Shown piece by piece: positions 1 to 12,476 of a DNA stretch of 64,000 nt. The position numbers and the translations under genes are program-made. The notes beneath the pieces are model-generated. The model saw only the letters and a program-made list of their open reading frames with translations. It did not search any database and was not told the DNA's origin. Source of the stretch: Azolla caroliniana (lineage: Eukaryota > Plantae > Polypodiophyta); contig JBHGNT010000009.1 in NCBI GenBank assembly GCA_043228905.1, forward strand, positions 13,144,001 through 13,208,000, in the 5' to 3' direction. Numbering within the stretch: position 1 is the stretch's first letter; each line of letters begins with the position of its first letter.

Positions 1-299
1 AATTGTGTATCACATAAATTCTGAGTAAGGGTAGTGCAAATCTCTTGGAGTTGAAAGAGAAGATCTAATACAATAGGAATTTCCATGGTTTTTGGATGTT
101 TAGACATCATCCCACATGAATGACATCATGTATTGGTAGAGATGCAAGTGTATCTAATAGATGAATGAGCCAAATTATTGGAAGAGTACTCCTCAAATCA
201 CAAAATGCGCCCAATCATCATGTTGGTAGTTGATGAAACAATGACGATACTCAAATTTTTTATTGATACGTTCACTTTGACCATTAGTGTCTCAATGAT

Positions 300-900
300 G
301 GCTCAAAGAGACTTTGCAATCAATTTGGAGTAGGTAAAGCAAGTACTTTTAGAATTTTGAGATGAATTGTGGGCCTTATTAACTAATGATGTCATGTAGA
401 AGACCCGATAAAGAAAGATGTGCTACAATGTATATCTAAGGATGGAGAAGTGTGTAGTAAATACAAATGCATTGACATGCTTTTGCCAGAACGAAGCAAT
501 ATCCAAGGAAAAAGACAAGTGAATGATCAAAAGAAGAAGTATTGGTGCATATTAAAAAGACATAATGTTATTTTTATCTGAAAAGTGAGTTCCTATCAAG
601 TATATAATGAGAAAGAGAGCTTGTTGTTAAGAGTGTGCTATGGTGCATGTGGAAAAGAGAGAGTATTATTTTTGTGTAACAAGAGAGTCTTGGAAGCTAT
701 ATAAAAAGCAAGTGAGCAGCTCATTATGGTGTTCACTAGTTTTGGGATTTGAGCACATAAGCTTTGTTGACAAATCAAATCATTGGGTAGAAAATCATGA
801 TACATGTGGGAGGCCAACAACAACTCGGGCAAACATCATCAATCATAGATTGGCCATGCCAAAAATCAAGCCTATTGCCTTGCTATTGGCAACAATTGTG
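300..900 (-). pseudogene. Highly degenerate Ty3/Gypsy integrase remnant (tentative)
   Basis: Minus-strand fragments resemble the integrase zinc-finger region (W-P..MYHD...ICQQ) and an IISDQGP-like segment; no intact ORF. Confidence 0.25.
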
Positions 901-2182
901 AAGGTCATCTATACAATACACAAGATATAAGAATGAGGTATGGAATGAAAGGAAGACAAGATACACATTTTTGGAATGTTTGAGTATATCTAAGGACAAG
1001 TGTTATGGAAATATCATCACCCTTGGTCTTTGCCCTGACCATTTCTTTTGTATATAATACTCTCTGAGTTTACATTTTTTTAGCCCTTCGACGCTTTTCT
1101 TAATACTAACAAATGAAATCTTTTGAAAAAAAAGAAAGAAAGAAAAAGGTGTCGAGGCATGCTACAAGAGGGAGTTTTTATTTCCTAGGAAGTCTCTTGA
1201 AAGCTATTGAAGGAAGTACGTAACTCATTGCATGGGGGGGTGGGGGCTATCTTGAGATTCAAGATTGGGATTTGTCGATATACCGATTACCATGAGATAG
1301 CAAATCATGAGGGCTCTTAGGAGGCCTATGTCCACAAAAGGCGACATGGCCATTGATTGTAGAATCTCTATCCTAAAACTCATGGATCTGCCCCCGACAA
1401 TCTTTCAATTTTAGAGATTTCATCTTCTTTATCTCTTGCGCCTTATGTTACATGGTTGATTTTTGTAAACAAAATATTGACAAACAAAGGATCATGGTCA
1501 ACAAACTCTACCACTCACAACAACACCCACATGTATTGGGACGAACGACCAAATTTGACAATGACATTGAGGTGATACTAAAAATCAACTACAAAAATTT
1601 CCTAGGCCTAACACCTTGAGGGAGGCAATAACCCAAATAATATGGTGTGACAATTGACTCTTCAAGTTCCACCAAGAGCAACAAGCCTCGTGTTCGTTGC
1701 AACAATGGCCGACACCTTCGACCCTATCCTTCCTTGTTGACAAGATCCACTCCTCCTCTACCTGAACCAGTGGAGGTTGACAAGATCTGCTTCAAACATT
1801 TAACAAATGCCCAACGACAACACCGACCGACATATGAATAAAGTTGGCGTCTATTGCGATGCATCAACTAGGTAGGTCGATCGGTTGGTCATATAGTTTG
1901 CATGCATGTCGACAAGTTGCATTTGTTGGACCTTGTATCAACTAATGAGAAAGCGAGGTTTTGTAGTAGTCTTGGGAGCCATGAGAAGGAAGAGAGAGAA
2001 ATGTTAAAGAGTCGGTCGCATTGGGGCGAGAGGAGACACATGAGACAAGAGAGGGAGGGAGAGAGAGAGAGTCAAACCCTTCCCTTCTTAAATCCCACCT
2101 ACTGCACACAACTACTCAACACAACATGACTATGTATGTATTACATATGTACATATGTATGTACTTACTATGCCCCCATACA

Positions 2183-2236
2183 CATACATACATACATACA
2201 TACATACATACATACATACATACATACATACATACA
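2183..2236. repeat. (CATA)n microsatellite upstream of GAUT; (CTT)n tracts follow at about 2311-2340, 2390-2407 and 2652-2681
   Basis: Direct reading; these repeats explain the HTYI, MYVC and poly-F/S/E ORFs. Confidence 0.95.
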
Positions 2237-2701
2237 ATGTACTTACTATGCCCCCCCCCCATACACATACATACATACATACAAACACATTACCACCATT
2301 CTCTCTCTTTCCTTCTTCTTCTTCTTCTTCTTCTTCTTCCATAGTCAGCACCGACAGACAGACAGCCCTCCCATCCATCCTTTTCCTGGTCTTCTTCTTC
2401 TTCTTCTTTTTCTTCATCCATCTCTCTCTCTCTTTTTCTGCGTCGCCGGTGTGTCATCATCGTCCTTTTATTATTAACTTAATAATCCACAAACAGAAAC
2501 ATATAGATAGATGACGGGAGATCAACCTCACCTCCTCCACTGCACTGCACTTCCCTTTGTCTTCTTCTTCGTCGTCTTCAGCACAGATGAACATTTTGGG
2601 TTTTGCTTCTTCGGATCATGATTCCTTATCATAACTAACCCTCATCACTTTCTTCTTCTTCTTCTTCTTCTTCTTCTTCTTGTTTCATCTGGATCTGGGC
2701 A

Positions 2702-2906
2702 ATGCAGGTTCATATTACCCGCACCATGAGTAGGGTCACAATTTCTTCGACCTTCTCCAAACGGATTTTTGGGTTTTGGAGAAGAAAGGTGGATCGGAGG
2801 ACCCTCTTCTTTTATTCCTTCTTTCTGCTCGTATTGGTCGCCCCTTTCCTCTTCATCACTACCGCCGTGTTCACTCTCGAAAATGTCACCGAATGCTCCA
2901 CCACAT
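2702..2906 (+). CDS. GAUT: GAUT exon 1 (cytosolic tail and TM anchor)
   Basis: ATG at 2702; hydrophobic FFLLVLVAPFLFITTAVF; donor T|GTAAAG, phase 1. Confidence 0.85.
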
Positions 2907-5900
2907 GTAAAGTTTACCTCTTCTTTTCTTTATGTATTTGTATGTGTGTGTATGTCTGCATCTCTTTCTTTCTTTTGGCCTAATAATTCAGTTATTGAAC
3001 TCAGTACCCCATGGGGTCTCTCAAGAGTTGTGAACCGAAACAATGGAAAGGTTTCTATGGTAGATGTTCTCATCGTCTTCTTCGAAGAATGCCACATAAC
3101 AATGATCTATGTGAAACGAACCGATGAATAGACATTTATTGACATGTTAATATACTCTCTTGGTAAAGAAAGAAAAACGCCCACTAGTTCTTTTTCAGCC
3201 TAATGATTCCTGCATTTTCAATTTGGTACCATGCATTGAACTTAATCACACGATGCTCTGGAGTAGATTAACATATTGGACTTAGTATCACTAGATCTCA
3301 TGAATAGAGATAGGTAGATAGATTGATTTTATTACCATTCCCAGATATAAAATATAACCTATGGGACCAATGCAAATTATTTTAGCATAATGTGTGCGGG
3401 GCTTATTAGCTATTCTTGATATTCAAGAATTTTGTGATTAGAAGAGATCTCCGATGGATGATTCTGGAGTGAGAGTGTAGAGATCCCAAATGAATCTCTG
3501 TTTTCCATGTGGTGTAGGCTAGAGGTGTTGGTCAACCCCTACTGGTAAAGTAGTGTGTTTGACGAGATTTGAAACCTGGGGGCATGGGCTTGTACAACTT
3601 CCCTTACCATTAGTGTGCAACCTTGACACAAAGAAATGAGAGAGAGATATATATATTTAGGTCAACTAGATGCCAAAATCGGCCCATGAGACAACCGATG
3701 ATTACAATTGTAGGTGTACTCATGTCATCCATACTAAAACAAAAACAAAAACTCTAGGTCTTCTAAAGCTCCATGATCATTATCGTAATGCATGCAGTGG
3801 ATTGATTTCTAGGCTTCATATCCGAGGTTGATTGGGGCTGTTTATGAAGAAGTTTAAGAGGTGTATCTGGATGTTTTCGTGCGGATTGGGCATGGCGAGC
3901 AATGATCTCCATGATCTTTTGACAATATGATTCATGTGCCTTATATCTTGGTACTTGCGGTTTCCATTGTCATCAGCATTCCTCAGATCGCTCTATGGTG
4001 ACTCCTCAGCACGTTGTTAGTGGAGGCAAGGAGCGATAAAAGAAATCAGTGATGGGCGATTGTTGTTGCATCCTGCTTGGTAATCTAAGGATTGATTCCC
4101 TATGCTTTTGAAGCTCGACGAAGTGCTTGTGTGGTGGGAGGAAACTCTGAGATGGCCTATTGCTTTGTAAGCATTTTGGGGCATTTAGATGCCCATGTCC
4201 CTTGGTCTCTGTATGAATCTATCCTCTCAAAGAAAGAAAGCTATATGAACATATTTGAAGGGGCCAAAATAGCAGATAATACCGAATAAGCGACTGGATT
4301 TTAAAATTTTCTCATCGTTGAGAATGAAAAACTGAAGTAAATATAATTAAACATAAGGTATAGATATTTTGGAACTTAAGAGAGGAGGACTTAAATAGAC
4401 TTTTGAAAAATCTTCAAAATGGGCTTCCCAAAGATGGAGAAATCTCTGAAGTGAGGGATTATTAAGTTAATAATAAAAGGACGATGATGACACACCGGCG
4501 ACGCAGAAAAAGAGAGTCACAAGGGTGATGAGGCCAGAGTTCAGATGGATGTGGATTCTGAGTGCAACATATTGCTGTTGCTTGATCTATTGTAAACCCT
4601 TTCGAATCTCTTCGTGAAGACCCCTCTGTTGTATTCCTTGGTTGATGGGTAGCATGAGAAAGAGTAATTGATCTAAAAAAAGTCATGATTGTTTTGTGTT
4701 GATGAGTTGTTGTATTATTGTTCAACAACTTCTCTTTATGTCTCTTAAGTTCTAACAAGAAGAATCCCAAGCACTGTTGGTCTTCATATTTCATGGCATT
4801 GTGTAACAAGTCAAAGCCTTGTTTAAACAGGCACTTGTATCTCCCTCTTATTTCATAAAAAGATCACAATGGCAAACATAGTGGTCCTCTGATTCTACCT
4901 CATGTCGGCACAATTGGCAAATGCATTCTTCTATAGGTTTTGCATGCATATTTTCTGATCTCAATATTTAACAATTAAGAGGTCTTGAGCTTCCCTATCA
5001 CGTTATGGAGTTCATGAGATTGATCTGTATACATAGAATAAGGCTTGGTAATAAATCTATCTTGAAACGTGTGTAAAAAGAATGCCTTGTAGTGGTCCAT
5101 ATTCCTACCTAACGATGTTGTGGGGCTGATCCATGTTCTTTCATTATTCAGCTTAGCGATATGAGTTGAGATCATTCTATTCTTTTTGTTCAAGAGTGTA
5201 CATCCCAAGCCATATTGGAATAGATGAGTGCGTATGCTTATCCATGTGATTGGAACTGTCCTTGTCTTTCAGCATACCAACAATGATTATCTCCAATGTT
5301 AGCCAGCTGTTTTAATGACCTGAGTTCCAGTCCTGAGCGCCTTTGCTTAGGGAGCTCCTAGATCCATATGATATCAGTCACTGAACAGAATAATGCCTCG
5401 GTCACGATGGGGCCTGCTCTCGTTTCTCCCTTAATTATATCATTGGGACTGATGCTCTGCTCCTTATCACACAGGTAGTCATCTAGACTAAAGGTCTCTC
5501 CAAACCTGTCTAGTTATGAGCCCTATGCAGGCTCTGTCCCCAAATTTCTACCATGTATAAAAGAGTTCGTGTTACAAGTGCCTGCTGTTCTCGGAACTGC
5601 ATATGTGCACTTTGTGTTTCAACGGACCAAGAGCTGCATATCCATGAGAAAGTTGAGCAGATGCAGCCTCTTGGATGGAGAAATGAGGCCACTCACCCCT
5701 AGGTATGTGTAGGATCATGTGAATGCCACCTTTGGCTCTCCCAAGAAGAATTCCAGTTTGGATCTCATTATCCATTCTTCAGTGATGTTAAATATCATCA
5801 CTTCAGTTATCAAGATTGGATGACAAATATTTTATCCAGGTACAAGGCGAGTTGAGATGGTTGTGTCAACAATTTGTTGACCACGAGGTCATTATTTTCA

Positions 5901-8900
5901 TACACGGATTCTTTATGTAGTTTAGGAGAAATAATAAATATTGTGTTAACCAAGATGTATAACGGTGAGAAAATTGAATTAGTGACCTTCAATTTATACT
6001 CTAAATAGCTTAGCCCTAGGGCAGGACCTTTGTGATGAAGAAACGAGTTTTTTTGTGTTTGATATATGGATATGATTTGAACTTATTATCATGAGATTGT
6101 GAGTTAAATTAAGAGAAACCTAACATGTGCATATAATTCTAGTCGAGAGAGAAAAAAATATGAAGAGGATGATGATATATTACATTTAGGGCCAGCCAAC
6201 ATGACTCATGGAAGCCTGCAATGGTTAGAAACACAGTTGAAGTGGGAAACTAAAAAATGGTAGAGCACAAATAAAAAACTGAAAACTGAGTATAAAAAAG
6301 TAAGCTAGTTGCCGACATTAACTGTTTCAAATTTTGACGAGTCTAGTTATGTGTTCGCATGGATGAGAAAAGAATATGTTCAGTGCATGGATGGTTCAGT
6401 TGCTGTTGGGAGTTCGTGAGATACTAATAACCATATAGGAATTGCAGAACATCATGCCTGATGTCTTCATTTGGCAAGGCATTCCAAAGTGTTGGGCTCT
6501 TCTGTTTCGAGCATGTTGAGGTGCTGCATGTCAGATATCAGAGGTTGGTTCCATTGCCATTAGAATTTCCTGAAAAGATTGCATGACTTGGTAGGAATTC
6601 CAGAAAAACATGTTTGATTTTCTCATTTGTGAGTGAGGCATTCCAATGTGTCAAGTTCTTCAGGCAGTACTTATCACATATTGAGTATGGTCCTTGTGAG
6701 AAAAGCTGTTAATAGGAGCAGCGGAAGAGTTAGAACAAAATAGACACAGCCAAGCTGTGAGAAGGCTGCTAGACAGCATTAGAAAAAATGGTTGCAAAGA
6801 GTAGAGACACAACCAAAGAGTTGTGCTTGTTTGTAAGTAGTAGCAGAAAATAATCCTCTTACAAAGGAGGCTGGTATAAGCCTATTTATACAAAATTGGG
6901 AATGGTTGTTTGGTAGTTAAGAGACTCTTGTACTACCAAATAGGTACAATAAACTAGGAATAAAAAGGGAATATCTTGGAAAAAGTGGAAGAGACAAAAG
7001 GCATTTAAAGCATTGCAGATTCTAGAGAGAGAAGGCATTTAAAGAGTTGCGGATTCTAGAGAGAGAAGAATTTGGGAAGAGAGAGAATGTAGTACAAGAT
7101 AATAAAGATGAAAGAGAGTGCAGGTCTGGAGCTGCCACCCTCCAACACCTCTCAGCTCCAGAACGGCCATCAAACATTGAGTCGACTGAGGAGCTGATTA
7201 ATGGCATGCCTTGGATGCGGGAAAAAAAAACATAGAGATTGTTGTCGGCATAACAGTTTTGAAACCCAAGACAAAGAAAAAAGGTTTCAATTTTGTCATG
7301 CCAAGCTTTGGGAACTTGCTGTAAGCCATACAAGGCTTTGTGGAACCTGTAGTCCATGTTTTTCTGCTGTGAAATCTCAAAACCTACAGGCTGTTCAACA
7401 TCAACCTCCTCTTTCAAGTCACAATTAAGGCAGGCTGACTTGACATCCATTTGAAAGATGGGCCATTTGTTGTGAGCAGCAAGTGCAAGCGCACATCGAA
7501 TAGAGGTGTACCTTGCTGTTGGAGCAAAAGTTTCCTCGTAATCCACTCCTTTGACTTGTGAGTAGCCTTTTGCAACTAAACGTGCCTTGTGCTTATCCGA
7601 AGTACCATCAACATGGTACTTGGTCTTGAAAATCCATTTCAGTCCAACGACTTGTCGATGTTGAGGCCGTGGAACCAACTCCCATGTATGATTCCGCTCA
7701 ATGGAATCAATTTCAACTTCCATTGCTGCTTTCCACTCTGGAAGAACAAGGGCCTCTTTAGCTGTTGTGGGTTCTTGTGATTGCACAACAATGCATAGTA
7801 AGGCAAAGTTGCATGAGTGAGGAGGCCGTTGGGACTTACGTGTTCAAGAACTAGATGTATACTCATGAAGTTCAGCATCGGAGAGATGAGAATCACGAAT
7901 GGTGGCTTGAAGCCACTTGGGGAGTGGTGGAAGCTGGTTTGTAGAGGAAGGGGAAACAAGTGGAGTTGAGGGAGAGGATTGAATTGTTGGCGAAGTTAGA
8001 GATTGAGTAGGAGGAGATGGGGGGCTTGAAGATGATACATCTTCGTCTAAAATAGGAGATTCCGGAGGAGTTGGGATTTCAACCATGAACTCAGGTGAAA
8101 TCCTAGAATCATCCGGTTGAGACTCCACAAAATGAACATCCCTAGAGATGACTAGGGACTTTGACTCTAAATCCCATAACATGTACGCTTGAAATTGTGT
8201 GCTGTAACTAAGAAATTTGCATTTCTTGGTTTTGGACTCAAATTTCGTCCTTTTATGATTTGAAATGTGAACATAAGCATCACAACCAAAAACTTTAAAA
8301 TGAGATACTGAGGGCTTTACACCTGTAAATGCTTATGTAGGCGTCATTCCAGCAACTACTTTTGTTGGGCAGCAGTTGATGATGTAGACTGCTGTGTTGA
8401 CAACTTCACCCCAAAATGAGAGAGGAAGATCAAATTGAGGTAACATTGTACGAGCCATCTCTTGGATTGTCCGGTTCTTCCTTTCCACGACTCCATTTTG
8501 TTGAGGAGTATTGGGTGTAGAAAATTGGTGAGCAATGGCTCGTTGAGAGCAGAAACGGTGGAAAGCTTGGGAGATAAACTCTCCACCATTGTCCGACCTG
8601 ATCTTTTGAATTTTCTTCGATGTCTCGTTCTCCACGAGAGCTACCCATTCTTGAAATTTTGTGAAGGCTTGCGATTTTTCTACAAGAAAATAAACCCAAA
8701 CCTTGTGGGAGAAATCATCAATGATGAGCATGAAGTAGCGTGCACCACCAAGAGTAGTGGTTTTCATGGGACCACAAAGATCCATGTGCACTAACTCCAA
8801 GATAGATGTTGCATAGTGAGTGGTTTCATGAGGGAACGGCTCTTGATGTTGCTTGCCATGAAGACAAGCAACACATGGGGTATTGGGAGTTTTGAAAATA

Positions 8901-11900
8901 GGAAGACCCTCAACTAGTTGGGAAGAGGAGAGCTTTTGAAGAGAATCATAGTTGAGATGACCAAACCTAGCATGCCACAACGTGGGATCTTCTTGTGCCA
9001 CCAATGCATGAGAGCCTTGAAGAAGATGAGATTTGGACTTTTCCAAGGGGCTATGGGAACTTTTCAGGCAGTATAAACCCCCTTCTTGTGTGTCACTAGC
9101 TACAATTTGTAGGTTGTTGGTGTCAATGACATCCAAAACTGAGCTATCAAAGTAGACTCCATAACCTTGCTTAGTGATTTGGTAGACTGAAAGTAGGTTG
9201 GCAGAGATGCGAGGCACCTGTAGCACATCTTGAAGAATGACAGGTTCTTCATTTGAAGAATTGTTAAGAAACACATTACCCACACATGAAGCCTCAATGC
9301 TTGGGGCATATCCTATGGAGATTTGGGAGGAGTTAGGTTTCACATTATGCAAAATGGATTTGTCATAGGTCATGTGTGAAGTAGCACCACTATCTACTAA
9401 CCACTCGTCAATGGTTGAGGTAGTTGGTCCAGACAAATGTGAAGTATGTTCCTCAATGCCAAGGAAAACTGTTTCTTTGGCTGAGTGAACTGAGTAGGCC
9501 GAGTTGGATTTCGATGTAGGTTGATTTTCTGTAGAAGAAGAGTTCTTAGCATTGTCCCTTTTCTTTTTCTGACAATCTGGCTGAATGTGAACTTTGTAGC
9601 CACAATAATGACAAGGGAGCTCCTTGTAGGCTGGTTTGTTTGGTGGTCTTGGATTGGGTTTGTTGTAGGAGTTACCATTTTGCTTCCATTTGCCTTTACT
9701 TGTCGAATGTAGAAGCGTCTCATTGGAAGTTTGAGCACTTTTCTTCCTTGTTGCCCTATCACCAAGAAATGTATTCATATCAGGTGTGTTGGGAAGAAGA
9801 GAAATTGTGTCACAAAATGCTGAGAATGACTCAGGCAACTTTATCATTAGACGATGCACAAACTCAACTTCAGTTGACTTGCTTCCCAAAGAAACTAGTT
9901 CCTTTTGGAGAGTAACAAATTGCGTTATTTTATCCATGATGTTGGGAGTGTCATGAATCTTGAGATTAGCTAGTTGGTTCTCAATAGCTATCATTTGAGC
10001 ATGATTAGCTCGATGGTACGTCTTTTTGATGGATGTCCATAGTTCATTGGCTGTCTCTTCATCTGTATCTTGAAATTGACGAGCGATGCTCGGTTTAATA
10101 TTAAACATGAGGAAAGCATGGGCACGAGAATCCTTATCTAGCCACGCTTCAATCTCAGCGTTAGATGAGCCAACAACTGATTTGGTTGAAGAGGATGAAG
10201 TTACTGGTGGTTTCTTGTCACTACCATTGACCAGATTCCATAAACGATGGTATTGTAGCAAGGTCTTTATTTGTAGCTCCCGATCCAAGTAATTGTTCCC
10301 ATCCAAGATGGACTCTTTGGGGAGTTGGGGAATGGTTGATGAAACAATCATGGCATGTGAGGCCATGGATATCCTCCTCTTGAGCTACAATTGGACAATT
10401 TACAGCAGTTGTAAGTAGATGCTCAAGGTCTTTCTACTTCTCCCTAGATGCTAGGTGAGGCTCAGATGAGGGAAAAAAAAAGAACCTCCTCTTTAGGTTG
10501 GGAGGGTGGCTGCTAAGAGAACCTCCTCTATAGGGTTGGGAGGGAGGGATAAAAGAAGAGAGGTCTGTGTGCTCTTTGGCAAAAAAAATCAGGCTGAGGA
10601 TATGGATACCTCACTACTTTGATACCATGTGAGAAAAGCTGTTAATAGCAGCAGCGGAAGAGTTAGAACAAAATAGACACAGCCAAGCTGTGAGAAGGCT
10701 GCTAGACAGCAGTAGAAAAAATGGTTGCAAAGAGTATAGACACAGCCAAAGAGTTGTGCTTGTTTGTAAGTAGCAACATAGAATAATCCTCTTCCAAAGG
10801 AGGCTGGTATAAGCCTATTTATACAAAATTGGGAATGGTTGTTTGGTAGTTAAGAGACTCTTGTACCACCAAATAGGTACAATAAACTAGGAATAAAAAG
10901 GGCATATCTTGGAAAAAGTGGAAGAGACAAGGCATTTAAAGCATTGCAGATTCTAGAAAGAGAAGAATCTGGGAAGAGAGAGAATGTGGTACAGAGATAA
11001 TAAAGATGAAAGAGAGTGCAGGTCTGGAGCTGCCACCCTCCAACAGTCCTGTCCCTGTTAGGAGTTCTTAAAAGCTACTACAACCTTTTGGAGTTGTGGA
11101 AAATCATAACTGATGTTCCCATATGCAAGCGAAGCAGGTTCTTGAAAGTTAGTACAACCCTATAGGAATTCCAGGATAATCGTGCCGGATAACCTCATGC
11201 GAACGAAGAAGGTTTTTGAAAGGTAGTCCAACCTGGTAGGAATCTGTACAATGATGCCTAATGTCCTCATATGTGAGTGAGGCATTCCAAAGTGGTATGC
11301 TCTTCTGTTTTTGGCACGTTGAGGCAGTACATGTACGTGTCACATAGTGATGATCTATATCTCCCAGTTTGGCGTTCTAGAAAGCTAGTACGTCCTAATA
11401 GAAATTTTCTGAAAATCATGCCCAATCTCCTCCGGCATCCAAAAGTGGCATGCTCTATTTATGATCGTTGAGGCTGTACAGGTCACATGTCCTCAGATGA
11501 GACTCAACAAGAGATGACATCTGAGAGTATGCTTCACTTTGTGAGACAGGGAACTGTAACCTGTGGATGGTAAATATGTGTGCATTACTAAGGACAAACT
11601 AATTGTCCTATAGATTGAGATCAACACAGGCTTCGTAGATTTGAATAGTTTTCCTTTAATATAAAGAAAAGAAATGACTGAATAACAACCAATTAATCAG
11701 CCCTCATTTAATCATTTGAACCAGGAACACCCCCAAATGTTTGGGATTAACCATAAAGTCATTAAGAAAGAAGGAAAGCTTTGGTTACTCCAAACTCTTT
11801 CATCCACTGTACAATATATGGGTATTAATGACATATTTTATATAGACTATCTAAGTTTATAGTAATATCCATCAATCCCAATGAAACATCATGAATGCTC

Positions 11901-12428
11901 ATTGCTTGTTTTTATGGTAAAGAGTCTCATGTTACACAATAGCCTAAAAGATATACATGAAAAGTTGAAGATGGTCACATGATCATGGAGCAATTATTCA
12001 AGGATCATCAAACAACCAACAAATGAGGAAACATCACACAAGCAATGGGATATGCCTCATGTGATAACTCATTACACCTTGTCAAAGGTGGGCCATCATA
12101 AATATGATAAATATAATAAATAGTGTATTACATGATTGATAGACTTATATGCTTGACATGTCCTCAACTGTGTGGTTATAAAGTGAACTGGCGTTTAGCA
12201 GTTGAAAACTTAAGCAATCTGTGAATAATGCATTTCCATATCTGTGAATGTGAAGTATTTTTTCTCTCTCTACATTTCTACAGAGATAATGTATGGAAAA
12301 CTTTCTTACCTCATCTAAAAACATCACGTCTTGTTTTCCCTTTGCTAGATTGCTTTGGAAGAAGATGGGGCCCGACACTCTCTCCCCTTAACCCGAGTCG
12401 AGTGAGTCTAGCCAGTGTTTCCCTTGCA

Positions 12429-12476
<48 letters not shown>

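Larger units (their letters stand above)
6695..11045 (-). mobile_element. Ty1/Copia LTR retrotransposon in GAUT intron 1, internally deleted (RT truncated, RNase H missing)
   Basis: LTRs 6695-7147 and 10628-11045 (TG...CA); TSD GTCCT at 6690-6694 and 11046-11050; PBS TGGTATCAAAG (tRNA-iMet type) next to 10627; domain order gag-PR-INT-RT. Confidence 0.95.

Noticed and set aside
2021-2514. ORFs with HTYI/MYVC repeats and poly-F/S/E/K runs
   Set aside because: These are translations of (CATA)n and (CTT)n microsatellites.
3560-3630. tRNA-derived SINE head on the minus strand (CACACTAATGG...GGTTTCAAATC)
   Set aside because: Both boxes deviate from consensus and I could not define a tail or TSD.
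3740-5800. Degenerate LINE remnant in GAUT intron 1
   Set aside because: Only vague hints of a Zn knuckle and endonuclease motifs; not supportable without a translated search.
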